A stretch of 64,000 bases of DNA from an uncultured Planctomycetota bacterium (GTDB taxonomy: Bacteria; Planctomycetota; Planctomycetia; Pirellulales; Pirellulaceae): the NCBI GenBank assembly GCA_963700575.1, contig CAVOYC010000005.1, positions 586,178-650,177 on the forward strand. The letters are read 5' to 3'. The notes below the pieces were generated by a model that saw only the letters and a list, made by a program, of their open reading frames with translations, did no database searches and was not told the DNA's origin. This document shows, piece after piece, positions 1 through 11,423 of this stretch; within the stretch, counting starts at the first letter, position 1; every line of letters starts with the position of its first letter. A program made the translations under genes and the position numbers.

Positions 1-609
1 CCACGATATCCGTCACCGTGGCGCACGGTGACGTTCTGATAGCCCAGCTCAGCAAGCCGTCGGCGAGCCGACTCAGCCAGTGGCTCGACAATCTCGATGC
101 TGTACACCTTTTGGCAGAGTACCGACAGGACAGCCGCTTGATAGCCGGAACCCGTTCCCACATCCAGAGCAATCGATGATCTGGTCGGCTGAGCCAACTG
201 GGTCATCAGCGCCACGATGTAGGGTTGCGAGATGGTCTGTCCATGCCCGATCGGTAGCGGTCCATCAAAGTGCGCTCGCGGTCGGGAATTCTCCGGGACG
301 AAGAGATGCCGCGGAACTTTCAGCATGGCTTCCAACACCCGGTTGTCGGAAATGTCCCGTGTCGCCAGTTGCTGCTCGACCATCTGCCGGCGAGCCGCAG
401 CCCAATCCCGGTCCTGCGATGGATGATCGCTCGAGTGCAACACGTTGCCGCCCCGCTGTTCGGGTTGCTCAGTCGGACGGGAAACCTCCGCCTCCAAGTG
501 GTGCTCGCCAGTTCGTTCACGCTCCTGGGCCAGCTGCCAAGTCGCGTAGCCCAGGACCCAGGCAGACGCCAACACGATCCCGATCAAAAACGGTCGTTGG
601 CCTCTCATG
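1..609 (-). CDS. pcm: protein-L-isoaspartate O-methyltransferase (PCMT), C-terminal part cut by the window edge
   Basis: The minus-strand translation reads MRGQRPFLIGIVLASAWVLGYATW...HLFVPENSRPRAHFDGPLPIGHGQTISQPYIVALMTQLAQP...[56 protein letters not shown]. It contains the SAM-binding motif VGTGSGY and the QTISQP motif typical of PCMT. ATG at 609; N-terminal hydrophobic segment. Not in the ORF track because it runs off the edge. Confidence 0.85.
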
Positions 610-1539
610 CTCGCCCCACTTCAAGGCTTCATCGTCGCTTCCGCCGAAGCTGGTGAGGTTCACCGCCGTCACATCCTTCGTGGTACCAAACTAAGGTGCG
701 ACATGCAAGGAATTTCCACCATGCAGCCGTGTCAACCTCACAGCGGCGGCGACCTCTCAACGGCGCAAGACGGACGTCCACGCGGTGTCGTGCATTCGTG
801 GCGGCCCAACCCGGGCTTTTGCAGCTGGCAAAGCACTTGAGCATGAGGAACGTGTTGCCTCGACAATGGGGGGCATGCAATACCGAAGCGCCTCCGTTGC
901 GCGAAGAACGGCGTGATTTCCGGAGACGGCATTTCCGGAGACGGTGCGTTTCATGAAAACCGACATCTGGCGAGCCGTCCCGCAGTGTTTCACTAAATCG
1001 AATCGGACCGATCCCACTTTTCTGGGGTCCGTGCAAACCGTGGCATTTTCGCCTATAATAGGGCGAAATCAGGCGTGAAACGCCCGGGATGCGGATGGTG
1101 TAGGTTTACTGAGAGGGAAGAAGCTGATCATTTTTACTCAAAGTGCAAGCCTTCCCGCCCCTGCCAACGGATCGGACGCCGGAAAAGCCTGTCGTTTTGC
1201 CAGTCCACACCGGATGTGAATTCCGAACCCTTTCCGATGGCAAAGGAGCCACAAAACGCGGCTTTACCGGCTAGATGGACCGCGTGACTGACAGTTTGGG
1301 ATTCTTAGTTCGAACCTCGAGCCCCCATTTCCCGGACGCCGACCACGCTGAGCGGTAGTTCGTGAGTGATTCGAAGGCCCCCGACTCGAGTCTATGATGC
1401 TCGAGAGCGCGAACGGGGAGCCGATGGCGGGTGGTTGCCAAACCACTACTGGACGGGCGGAACGGGCCCTTTCGCCGCGGCCGACGGAAGCGGGCCAGAG
1501 AACAAGCGGGCCAAAGAAGTTGTTTCGGGGAGGTGACGG

Positions 1540-2141
1540 ATGTCGCAACGGGTCCTGCAACGCCCGACGTTGGTGCTCAATCGCAATTGGCAGCCGATCC
1601 ATGTTGCCACCGTGGCTCGGGCTGTCATCATGCTCTACAGCGGCACCGTCCGCGTCGTGGATCCCCAGGACTATCAGACCTACGACTGGGACGACTGGTC
1701 GCGTCTGCGTCCGACGCGACGAGGACCATTGCATTCGCTCGGTGACGCTATCGGCTCGCGTGTCCCGAAGTCGTCGTGCTGGCCCACTACGACGGAATGC
1801 CGGGCACGACGGTCCCCTTCAGTCGCCGCAACATCTACAAGCGTGACCGCTATACGTGCCAATACTGCGGCCAGCAGCCGGCGATCGAAGACCTGACGAT
1901 CGATCACGTCGTGCCTCGTGCTCAAGGTGGTGTGTCGTCCTGGGAGAACTGCGTGTTGGCTTGCTTTGACTGCAATCGGCACAAAGCGGATCGGACTCCC
2001 GAGCAGGCGCACATGCGACTGCGACATCCACCGCAACGACCCGCCTGGCGTCCACTCTATTCGTGGCATGCCAAGCCGATCAAGAGCTGGGCACGATTCC
2101 TGGGCGAAGCCTACTGGAACGTCACGTTGCAGAGTGACTGA
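1540..2141 (+). CDS. HNH endonuclease, reading frame disrupted around 1700-1745
   Basis: Two overlapping ORFs, 1540..1896 ([41 protein letters not shown]) and 1776..2141 ([40 protein letters not shown]...[21 protein letters not shown]), together make one HNH nuclease with the CxxC...H...N...CxxC...H pattern. Frame 1 changes to frame 0 between the two parts. Confidence 0.75.
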
Positions 2142-2858
2142 GTGCGGCAGGCCGTCCGAGAGTTGCGCAACTATCGCAGCTGACGGCGTACCGAGTCTGT
2201 GGAGCGTCATGAGATGGCTCGCTGCGAGTCGCAACGGAGCTGCAGGTGGCACCTGCGAGTGTTGCAGCATCACAGGAAAATGGAACGAGGTCGCTGGCGG
2301 GGGCATTGCCAGCGACCTCGTATTCACGCGCACATCAGCCAGAGTGGGGTTCCACCAGGACGGTGGAACGAAGGTGGGAGTTGCAGTTGGTCCGCCGCAG
2401 TGGTGGCGGACTGATAGAGGTTGGTGCGTTGGCGATCTCCTTTCCAAACCACGTACTGACGACGGTTGCCACTTCGTCGATAGGCGCGAACACGGGATCA
2501 GGACGCACAGGTGCCGGGGTCGCACGGTGATCAACAGACGGGCGCTTTCGGCTACGCCGCATGCAGGACCGACCGCCGACGTCCTTCACTTCGTTCTGCC
2601 AGCTTGTCCGCAGACTTCGAGCCGGGCAAGGAAACAAGCCGCAGCAATGCGTTGCGCGACGCGAGCGGCGAGAGACGGGCACCACCAACAACTATCGGTT
2701 GTCGTGGCTTGCGGATACACGATCCTGATGATCTCGCGCGGAACTACCGACGATCGTGTAAGAAACTGCCTAACCATGACAACCTCAAAGATGAGAGTTG
2801 CCAAATTCGGTGGCCTGGCGATCTCGCGCGACGAGACCCATGGCTTTGCGTCCCGGCC

Positions 2859-3191
2859 TCACGACCGGTTTGCCGTTTCGGTTGGCGTCGACAAAGAAGC
2901 TTGAATCAGTTCAGCAACGAACCATTCATCGTTGCTATTAAATAAATAGGTCGCAAATGGCTGATTGTCAAAAAGATTCAAGATTTTTCCGGTGCGGATG
3001 AGGTCAGCCAGATTCGCCAGCGGGCGTCCGTGCAGCAGAATCGTGAGATACCGGGTGACCGCCTCGCGGACGCCGACGCACGTCAGGCATCGTCCGGGCG
3101 GCGAGAACGCGGACTGGCCGCGCGCCTCCCGGAAGTGCGGCCAGGAGCTGCCGCCAGCCGAACGGCTCTGGTATTCTCTGCGTAAGACCAT
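2859..3191 (-). CDS. hypothetical small ORF in a locally AT-richer patch (only the C-terminal ~60 aa look protein-like)
   Basis: Minus-strand ORF ending ...LTILLHGRPLANLADLIRTGKILNLFDNQPFATYLFNSNDEWFVAELIQASLSTPTETANRS. The underlying DNA at 2870-3010 is clearly less GC-rich than its surroundings. No family recognised. Confidence 0.25.
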   Translation of the reverse strand: MVLRREYQSRSAGGSSWPHFREARGQSAFSPPGRCLTCVGVREAVTRYLTILLHGRPLANLADLIRTGKILNLFDNQPFATYLFNSNDEWFVAELIQASLSTPTETANRS

Positions 3192-3357
3192 GTGGCTACT
3201 GTTGATGTGCCGCTCTCCAGTCCCGGCACATCCGTCGTCTGGTCACCGTCGAAGCCTGCCGGCAAGTGGCTGCCAGGCGCTGGACCTAGGCCGATCGCAG
3301 GATTCCACTCCCAGATAAGGCCATAGACCATCCCATGTCGTTGACGCCGCGATTCCA

Positions 3358-6194
3358 TTGCCGCTGTCGCCACTTGCTGATCTGTTGTGTCCTGTTGTCC
3401 GATGCGCTGTCGGCGGCACCGCCCGAGGAGTCCGTCGCCTGTGCCCCGATTTCCCATTGAGTCGTATCGAACTGGCCAACGGTTTGAAGGTGGCGTTGAG
3501 CCACGACCCGTCCGCTCCGCGCACCACGGTCTGCGTGGCCTACCATGTGGGGTCCAAGAACGAGCGCCCCGGCTTGACCGGGTTTGCCCACTTCTTCGAA
3601 CACATGATGTTTCGCGGCACGAAGAACGTGCCCGATTTCGACATCCCGTTGCAGCAGGCGGGCGGATCGCCCAACGCGTTTACCAGTGAAGACGTGACGG
3701 TCTATTTCGAGACGGTTCCCAACAACTACGTGAAGCGAGCGCTCTACATGGAAGCGGAGCGGATGGCGTTTCTGTCGAGCGCATCTGGATCAGGAGAAAT
3801 TTGACACGGAGCGAGAGGTGGTCAAGAACGAGCGTCGGCAGCGGATGGAGAACGTCCCCGTACGGTCTGGCCGATGAGACGATCAGCAGCTACGTCTATC
3901 CCCAAGGGCATCCCTATTCCTGGTCGGTGATCGGCTCGATGAAGGATCTGAACAACGCCACGCTGAACGACCTGCGCCAGTTCTTCTTCGAGTTCTATCA
4001 TCCGGCGAATGCCACGTTGACGTTAGTGGGTGGTTTCGATCCGCAGGAGGCCCGGCAGTGGATTGAGACCTATTTCGGGCCGATCTCGCCGGTCCCGCAG
4101 CTGCGCCGCTGACCGTGCCTCCGACGCCGCCACAGTCGCACCGCATTATCCAGAAGGACCGCGTGCAGTTCCCACGCGTCTACTGGACGTGGCCGACGGT
4201 CGCGCGAATCGGATCCCGATGCTCCGGCACTCGATCTGTTGGCCATGATCCTGTCCGACGGCGATGCGTCGCGATTGATGCAGTCGTTGGTCATCCAGTC
4301 ACAAGTGGCCGTTGAAGCGGATGCCTTCAGTGAAACCAGCGAAGTGGGCGGAGCCGTTCAAAATCACGGCCACGTCGCACCGGGCAAGTCGGTCGAGCGA
4401 AGTCGAAGACGTTGATCGCCGAAGTCGATTGACCGACGTTCAGTTACCGCCGCTATCCGCGGAGGAACTGGCACGCGTCAAGGCCAAGTATCGCACCGAC
4501 TATGCTGGTCGGACTCACTTCGCCCGATCCAACGCACCTTCGTGATCGGCACTGGGACTGGCCCAGCACAACGACCCACATTACTACCAGTCGCTCTTCA
4601 CCACGTTACGAAGCGGTGACGGCCGAGGATATTCAGCGTGTGGCCCAGAAGTACCTGGTTGCCGACAAAGTCGTGCTGGTCGTCGAACCGGTAGCGAGAG
4701 GGAGAAGCGGAGAGCGAAGCGGTATTGGCCGGGCCGCTTGCCCAGCGACGTGCCGCGTCGCGACCTTGCAACCGCGGACTCATGCCGAGCGGACCTGACT
4801 GGACGAGCATGCCGGCCGCGACCGAGCAGAAACCGTTTGCACGCCCCCGCCTTTCGAACGCCGCATCGCTCAACAACGGTCTGGAAGTCTGGTTGGCCCA
4901 CATGGCACACGCTGCCGCTCGTGTCCGCCCGCCTGTTGGTGCGTGCCGGCAGTGCCGACGATCCGCCGGCCAGGCCGGGCTCGCGACGCTGACCGCCGAG
5001 TTGTGGGACCAGGGGACGCAGCAGTTGACGTCCACCGAGTTGGCTGAAGCGATCGACGCGCTTGGGCACGTCGATCGGCGTTTCGGCCGGCACCAACACG
5101 ACCCAATTGAGCTTCACGGTCGAGATCGCGTGCCTTGCCCGACATGCTGGAATCTCGACAGGCGAGATGATCGCCGCAGCCTCGTTTCGCGACAGACGAT
5201 TTTGACCGTGAGCAGAAACTGCAGCTGAGCAGCTTGGCCAGTGGCCCCGACAGCGCTTCCTGGATCGCCGGCCGCGTCTTCCCGACCTTGCTGTTTGGCG
5301 CCGGACATCCCTATGCGTCTCCCGACCTGGGCTATACCGATACGGTGGAACATCTGTCGGTCGAACAAGTCCAGACAGTTCTATCGCGACCACTTCGCGC
5401 CACAAAACGCCGTCCTGATCGTCGTGGGTGACATCGACGCCGATCAGGTCGTCAAACTGCTCGGCGAAAAATGGAGTGCCTGGCAGGGGACTTCCGGCGT
5501 GCGAGCCTCGGCAACAGCGATCGACAGTTCGTCCGCGTCGGACGCTGTCTACTTCGTCGACAAGCCGGGTGCGGTCCAGAGTGTGATTTCGGTGGGACGC
5601 ACTTGGAAAGATCGCAAAGATGATTCCTACTTTGCGACACGCATCGGCAACCGGATTCTTGGCGGGGATTTCCTGAGCCGCATCAATCAGAACCTGCGCC
5701 AACGAAACGGCTTTACCTACGGCGCCCGGTCGGGATTCAGTTACTTTCGACAAGGCAGCAGCTGGTCGCTCAGCACGACTGTCCGTTCCGAGGTGACCGG
5801 CGACGCCTTGAAGGAGATTGTGAAGGAACTGCGCGACGTCGAGAAGGATCGTCCCCTGACCGAAGATGAAGTGACCGTGGCACGGTCGGCCGAGATGAGC
5901 GTGTTCCCACAGTCATTCGAGACGCCATCAAGTATTGCGAGTGCTCTGGCTCAGCTGGCGATTTACCAGCTGCCCGATGACTACTTGCGGCAATATCCTG
6001 GCCAGCTGCAGTCGGTGGAAACCGGGCAGGCCGCCCAGGCGATGGCCCAGGTCGCGGAGCGACAGCAGATTCGCATCCTGGTGGTGGGCGATCGGAAAAT
6101 CGTGCAGCCCGAACTGAAAAAAGCGGGATTCGACAAGATCAAATATCTTGACACAGATGGCAGAAAGATTGAGTCCAAGCCGACGCTAGACTAG
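3358..6194 (+). CDS. M16-family zinc metallopeptidase (two insulinase-like domains), split over at least 7 frame segments
   Basis: The N-terminal segment contains the inverted zinc motif HFFEHMMFRGT (HxxEH). Downstream segments (3801..4112, 4312..4545, 4502..4798, 4725..5228, 5234..5431, 5241..6194) continue M16 homology (...ATLTAELWDQGTQQLTSTELAEAIDALG..., ...QFYRDHFAPQNAVLIVVGDIDADQV...). Frames alternate 1/0/1/2/0/2/0. Confidence 0.8.
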
Positions 6195-6708
6195 TTGGAA
6201 AGCGCCACTCGTGGCCTTACGGGGCCGAAGGTCATAAACCTCACTGATGTTACCGTCACCGGGTCTTGTCCCGGTAGGAACATGTTGGGAAACTAAGCAG
6301 CCGTCGCGCAGCCAGGTAATTCCTCAACCGGAAACGCAAAACCCCGTGACGGTTTCGCCGTTTTCAGTCGATACTGGCAGAGCATAACCGAACCTCAAAC
6401 GACGGCTCTTCGTTGACATCGCGACGTTGCAGGTGTTCAATCCGGTCTCGCTTGCGGGCGTTTCCCGATCGCCGTAACAGCCCCGGTTGCTTCGGCACGG
6501 GGCAGTAGCGGCGTGGCGTACTGTATGAGCCCCGTTTGACGGGGCTTCTCGCTGCAGGGCTTGAGCCTTGAATCACGGCCAGGACGAACGCCCCAGTACA
6601 TGCGCGCCGCCAACGTGTTCGTCGCGAAAGGAGCGTTACGCGATCGGCTGGAATGATTTACCAGACCGAACCGTAATCGTCGCATGACTCATGCCACCGC
6701 AGCGAGAA

Positions 6709-6811
6709 GGCTCGTGAACGAGCCTCTCATTGGTGACGTTGGACGCCGCTTCCACCCCGGCATGAATGTCGGGGCGAATATCGCTACGCGGCCACGGCTC
6801 GTGAACAAGCC
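6709..6811. promoter_or_regulatory. two copies of the hairpin GGCTCG-TGAA-CGAGCC (the second, GGCTCGTGAACAAGCC, is imperfect), about 85 bp apart, upstream of arsR
   Basis: Hairpin 1 at 6709-6724 is a perfect 6-bp stem with a TGAA loop. Hairpin 2 at 6796-6811 has one mismatch. They lie 150-270 bp upstream of the ArsR-family gene start. Confidence 0.4.
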
Positions 6812-6976
6812 TTCCTTCTTCCCTCCCTCCTCTGCAATCCGCCCAAGCGTGACCTATTTCGGCGGCCGGGCTTCCACGGCTGGTCGCACTACGACCTGTA
6901 CAAAGGAGGCCGAGTGGACTAGGCTTGCCAATAGCGCGGGACCGTGAACCGTCAGAGCCCCCCCGATGAGGCGAAA

Positions 6977-7303
6977 ATGAACGCCAAGACACTGGCCAAG
7001 TACGAACTGCGGGCGAAAATCATCAAGGCGCTGGCTCATCCGGCCCGCTTGGCCATGATGGACGAACTGATTGCGCACGGGGAACGGTGCGTGTGCGAAC
7101 TCACCGAACTGGTCGGCACCGACATGTCAACCGTCTCCAGACATCTGGCTCAGATGAAAGCAGCCGGCTTGGTCGAGGACGAAAAACGGGGCCGGATGAT
7201 CTACTATCGTCCCCGCGTGAAATGCCTGGCCAACTTCTTCGGCTGCATCGAGTCCGTCATCCAGTCGCACGTCGCCGACCAGCAGGATCTGTTGACCTTG
7301 TAA
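6977..7303 (+). CDS. arsR: ArsR/SmtB-family metalloregulator
   Basis: MNAKTLAKYELRAKIIKALAHPARLAMMDELIAHGERCVCELTELVGTDMSTVSRHLAQMKAAGLVEDEKRGRMIYYRPR. It has a winged HTH and the CVC metal(loid)-binding motif of As(III)-sensing ArsR. GAGG lies 8 nt upstream of the ATG at 6977. The ORF track starts at an upstream in-frame GTG at 6944. Confidence 0.8.
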   Translation: MNAKTLAKYELRAKIIKALAHPARLAMMDELIAHGERCVCELTELVGTDMSTVSRHLAQMKAAGLVEDEKRGRMIYYRPRVKCLANFFGCIESVIQSHVADQQDLLTL

Positions 7304-7422
7304 GGCGACCCGAGAACGGGATGACCGGCGTGTGCACCGCCATCAACTTGCTTCGCGCGCGCCGCAGACGTGCCTTAAGCCGCCAGACTCGACATGCCGA
7401 CCCATCCTCCGAGCTCGTTGCA

Positions 7423-8274
7423 TCATCTGGGTGCATGCATCGGGACCGCCAACTGTTGGCGTATCAACTGTGGTCGATTGGTAGTAATGGAGTCGATGCC
7501 GAGCTGCTGGAAATAACGGGCATCTTGGGGATCGTCAATCGTCCACACGTGCAGTTCGTATCCGGCTTGGCGAATGGCCTGGACAAACGGCTCGTTGACC
7601 ACTTCCCGATTCGCATTGGTGTCGAGCCCGTCCGCGCCGCTGCTGTGCAAGGTGGCCAGGATTTCATCACGTTTCGGCAACCAGCGCCCCGTCGCTTTGT
7701 CCTGCTTGAAGCCTGTCAGCCAGTATGCCTTGACGGCGGGGAGCTGTTTTTTTACGGCGCGGATGACGCTCTCCTGAAACGAGATCACCACTGTCTGAGC
7801 AGGTTGCAGCTGTGAGCCGTCCAATGCCAGTTTCAATTTGGGAACAATCTCGGGACCACACTTGATTTCGATGAAGATCAGCTTACCCTCGGGCACCGTG
7901 GCCAGGACTTCTTGGATCGTGGGGATCCGCTCACCACGGTACTTGGGCGACTTCCAGGTACCCACATCCAGCCGGCGGAGTTCCTCAAGCGTGCTCTCGG
8001 CCACCACGTGTTTGACGCCGGCAGTCCGCTGCGTGTTGTCATCATGGATGGTTACGATGTGGCCGTCGCGTGTCAGATAGAAATCTCCTTCGATGGCGTC
8101 CGCGCCCAACTGCCACGCCAGCTGGAAGGCGGAAAGTGTATTTTCGGGGGCCGCGTCGGACGCGCCTCGATGAGCGACAATCCACTGCGCCTGGGCCGGC
8201 GGGTGGCCGGCCGTGAGCAGAACTGCCGTGGCGGTTAGAGCCAGAAAAGGCAGCAGCCGATGCGGTCGATTCAT
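7423..8274 (-). CDS. glycerophosphodiester phosphodiesterase (GDPD/UgpQ-like), secreted
   Basis: MNRPHRLLPFLALTATAVLLTAGHPPAQAQWIVAHRGASDAAPENTLSAFQLAWQLGADAIEGDFYLTRDGHIVTIHDDNTQRT... HRG and E.D active-site motifs of GDPD. Signal peptide. GGGAGG RBS lies 6 nt before the ATG at 8274. The longer 7423..8577 ORF in the track is an upstream in-frame extension. Confidence 0.85.
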   Translation of the reverse strand: MNRPHRLLPFLALTATAVLLTAGHPPAQAQWIVAHRGASDAAPENTLSAFQLAWQLGADAIEGDFYLTRDGHIVTIHDDNTQRTAGVKHVVAESTLEELRRLDVGTWKSPKYRGERIPTIQEVLATVPEGKLIFIEIKCGPEIVPKLKLALDGSQLQPAQTVVISFQESVIRAVKKQLPAVKAYWLTGFKQDKATGRWLPKRDEILATLHSSGADGLDTNANREVVNEPFVQAIRQAGYELHVWTIDDPQDARYFQQLGIDSITTNRPQLIRQQLAVPMHAPR

Positions 8275-8829
8275 GGTATGCCTCCCGTAATGACGCGACG
8301 AGGCTGGGCCTCGAACCGATGCAAGCTGCCGTGGGGCTGGAACGAACCGTTCCCGTTCGCCACTCAATACTGGCTCAAAGCACTCGGATCTGGGTCCACT
8401 CGTTGGTTGTTTCCGTACCGGCGATTGGAGCAAACGTTGACTCGAAGTGCAACTGGACTGACTCACTATTGCAGCTCGCACACAGGCCGTCCGGCAGTGA
8501 CTTGTTGTGTGAGCGAGTGGCACGAACGGCCGCCAAGCGACCGGCGGAACATCACTTGCCCCCAGCAGCTGCGGCATTCTGCCGCAGAGCGGCGGCTGGA
8601 AGCCGCCGCCACGGAGAGCAAGTTGCCTGTCAGTCGCCCCATTTCATCGTCGCTGGCCCGTGGGGGCCGAAGCAGAGCTCTTGGATGCCCCCTTTTCAAT
8701 ACAGCCATTTCGGGCGATCTGGGCTTTCCGTGAGGGGCCGCTTGTAGTAAAGGATGCGGGTAGCATCATGCGCTGCGCTGGATCGGCAACAATGTGACAG
8801 CGTTTTTTTGACTGTACGAAAGGATTGTG

Positions 8830-9207
8830 ATGAGGCAATACTTTTTTCTGGGGATCCTGATCTTCGGTGTCCTGGCGGGAATTGTCTATTTCTGCTGGAC
8901 GATCGTCGCAGCGCTTTATCACGATTGGTCGTTGAGTCGACATGTCGACGAAATCAGAGCGGAGAGCGCGGCACAGCGAGCCAGGCGTCTGGAGGAAGCA
9001 GCAAAGCGACTTGACAACGGCTGCGAGCATGCGTTTGGTGAAACTTTTGGAGGGTTCCCACCCCATGCCTGTCACAAATGCGGACTCGAGAAGGAGCGTC
9101 CGCAAGGGGCGTGTGATCACGTGTGGAGAATGGCTCGCGAAGCCGTGCCATGCAGTCGTTGCGAGAAGTGCGGGAAACGATACGTGAGTGTGCGCGCCGA
9201 ATTGTGA
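8830..9207 (+). CDS. small membrane-anchored Cys-rich (zinc-ribbon-like) protein, hypothetical
   Basis: MRQYFFLGILIFGVLAGIVYFCWTIVAALY (one TM helix), followed by a C-terminal half carrying 8 Cys (CEH...CHKCG...CDH...CSRCEKCG). AAGGA RBS. Confidence 0.4.
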   Translation: MRQYFFLGILIFGVLAGIVYFCWTIVAALYHDWSLSRHVDEIRAESAAQRARRLEEAAKRLDNGCEHAFGETFGGFPPHACHKCGLEKERPQGACDHVWRMAREAVPCSRCEKCGKRYVSVRAEL

Positions 9208-9548
9208 TGCTGGAAATCATTGCCTGCGCTCGTTTTCGGTACTCGGGACGCTGAGTACCCTGATTGTGCGAATCGTTTCGCAGCACGGCTCTTGGGAGCC
9301 ACGTTGGGATCCGCGTGTTTGACGGCCGGGTGGCGGAACTCAATTTTTCTTCTCCTACGCCGGGACGCGTCGTGACGTCCCAGGGGCTCAATGGGCCGCG
9401 GGGCGCAGGCCCCTTCACCGTAAGTTGTCCAACGTTGCAGGCAGCGCCGCATCGACGTGTGTGGCCCCGTTTTCCTTCACCCCCGGTCTTCAACTCCTCT
9501 TGAGAAGGGGCATGTCGCAGCATTGATTCTTGCCGATAAACGAGAGTT

Positions 9549-11147
9549 CTATTCGTCCACCGGAGCCTTTTCAAAATCGGTCGGGCTGACCCAGCCGGCG
9601 TTGAGTTTCTCGCCGTCCATATAGCGCTCATAGAAGTGGGCTTGCCGGGCGTCGGCGTAAGGGAAGTTGTCGAAAACTGCACCTTGTCCCGACATGCGCG
9701 GATCGTCCTGTCTTTTCAATTCCTGAAACAATTGGTCTCTGAGTAACGTCTTCACGGACTGGTATTCAGAATTGTCGGATAAATTGGTCATGCATTCTGG
9801 ATCGATGCCAATGTTGAACAGTTCTTCCTGGCCTCGCTTGCCGAAAGCCAGTTGCCAGAACTTCGGTGAAGTGCCTTGACGACGCATGACCAGGATCTCG
9901 GTCTTGGTGGGACTGCCATCGCAGTTCAAATAGCCGGTTTCAGGGTTTCCTGCGGGCCACCTGGAAACCTCGAAGTTGTGCAAGTAGAGCATGCCATTCT
10001 TGACGATCCCGCGAATCGGATAGCCCGCATCATGTGGACGCCCGATATCGTGCCGTTCTTTGCCAATCAGGACATGATCTCGCTCGGGGTTCACCTGACC
10101 CGATTGGGTGGCATAGAAGATATCCGTCAGGCTCCTGCCGGCCGCGGGCTGCATGCCCGACTGATTCCAGCTGAGCCCGGCCAATTCGATAAAGGTCGGC
10201 GCGAAATCAATGAAGCTGACGGAGTCGTCGATCGTCCGACCCGGGTTCTTGATTCCTTGGGGCCACATGATGGCCAGTGGCAAGTGATTGGACAATTCGT
10301 ATTCCTGACCTTTGACGCGTGGAAAAGGCATGCCGTTGTCCGCGGTCACCACCACCAGCGTATTATCAAGCTGATGGTGCTGGTCGAGTAATTTCAGCAT
10401 GCGGTCCAGGTGCTGGTCAAAATGCTCGACTTCGAACGCGTAGTCGAGCATATCGTTGCGCACCACCTCATTGTCGGGCCAGAACGCCGGCACCTTGGTG
10501 ACCTGATCGATAGACTTGTGGCCTTTGGCCACGCCAGATCCGTACTCGTATCCCCGGTGAGGCTCTAGACAGCCGTACCAGAAACACCAAGGCTCGCCCT
10601 CGGGAGCAGACCGCAGGAAATCAGCAAAGTTGCCCGCGTAGTCATTGCCGGAGATTCCACGCGCGGGCGGCTGGGACTTCTGACGGTTAAACGGCTGGCC
10701 GGCTAGTTGTCTCGGTTTGCCTTCCGCATCCTGGGCGATTCCGGGAGCCCAGCCTTTTGCCGTCATACCCACAAAGTACCCGTGTTCGGCGAGCGCTTCG
10801 GCGTAGCTCTTGAATTCCGGCGGGAAGTACGGAATGTGATTGGCTGCCGCCTTCAATTGCCATGAATTGCGTCCGGTCAAGATACAAGCACGCGAAGGAG
10901 CACATTTCGCATTGGGTGTGTAGGCTCGCGTGAACAGCAATCCTTCACGAGCCACGCGATCAAAGGCAGGTGTTTTTACCCAATCGCAGCCATAGGCGCC
11001 CATGTACGGATACGAGGCGTCGTCGGCGATACAAAACAGGATGTTGGGGCGACCGGCGATGTCGGAATCCGCCGCGCGCGACACGCTTAACGGGCAACAC
11101 AAGAACAGCGTATACAGGAGGACCAGCACAACTCCGTTCCGCGACAT
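9549..11147 (-). CDS. formylglycine-dependent sulfatase (arylsulfatase family), secreted
   Basis: The sequence ...[59 protein letters not shown] contains the C-x-P-S-R sulfatase signature. Signal peptide [34 protein letters not shown] before the ATG at 11147. Confidence 0.9.
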   Translation of the reverse strand: MSRNGVVLVLLYTLFLCCPLSVSRAADSDIAGRPNILFCIADDASYPYMGAYGCDWVKTPAFDRVAREGLLFTRAYTPNAKCAPSRACILTGRNSWQLKAAANHIPYFPPEFKSYAEALAEHGYFVGMTAKGWAPGIAQDAEGKPRQLAGQPFNRQKSQPPARGISGNDYAGNFADFLRSAPEGEPWCFWYGCLEPHRGYEYGSGVAKGHKSIDQVTKVPAFWPDNEVVRNDMLDYAFEVEHFDQHLDRMLKLLDQHHQLDNTLVVVTADNGMPFPRVKGQEYELSNHLPLAIMWPQGIKNPGRTIDDSVSFIDFAPTFIELAGLSWNQSGMQPAAGRSLTDIFYATQSGQVNPERDHVLIGKERHDIGRPHDAGYPIRGIVKNGMLYLHNFEVSRWPAGNPETGYLNCDGSPTKTEILVMRRQGTSPKFWQLAFGKRGQEELFNIGIDPECMTNLSDNSEYQSVKTLLRDQLFQELKRQDDPRMSGQGAVFDNFPYADARQAHFYERYMDGEKLNAGWVSPTDFEKAPVDE

Positions 11148-11216
11148 GGGCGTTCCTTTCGTATAGACGAAGACCATTCTCCCACCGATTGAAGTGCGGG
11201 CCGCACTCCAGGCTAT

Positions 11217-11420
11217 CTAGATCGGATCGATGCCCTGCGGATCGGCCGGTTTCGTCTCACGTCCCATCCACAGGGGCGTGACGGCAAACCAGACGAGAGT
11301 CGCCAGCAACATGAGCCAGTTGCTTTGTTCCAGGGAAATACGGTCAGACAGGAACAACACACTGGGCAAGATGGTTCCCACAATCGCCAGCAACGAGATT
11401 GCCTGGGCCAGTCTTCTCAT
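11217..11420 (-). CDS. small two-TM membrane protein (67 aa), hypothetical; starts 3 nt after the permease stop codon
   Basis: MRRLAQAISLLAIVGTILPSVLFL...LMLLATLVWFAVTPLWM. It lies immediately downstream of the NCS1 permease on the same strand. Confidence 0.35.
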   Translation of the reverse strand: MRRLAQAISLLAIVGTILPSVLFLSDRISLEQSNWLMLLATLVWFAVTPLWMGRETKPADPQGIDPI

Positions 11421-11423
11421 TGT

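Noticed and set aside
1680-2904. Long ORFs 1680..2534 (-) and 1918..2904 (+)
   Set aside because: They overlap the HNH gene or extend through a GC-rich spacer. Their translations are low-complexity R/G/P/C-rich with no recognisable motifs.
4584-5753. 389-aa minus-strand ORF
   Set aside because: It lies antisense to the well-supported M16 peptidase gene. It has the Arg/Pro/Gly-rich composition typical of GC-rich antisense frames.
7087-7815. 242-aa plus-strand ORF
   Set aside because: Antisense to the glycerophosphodiester phosphodiesterase gene, with no motifs.
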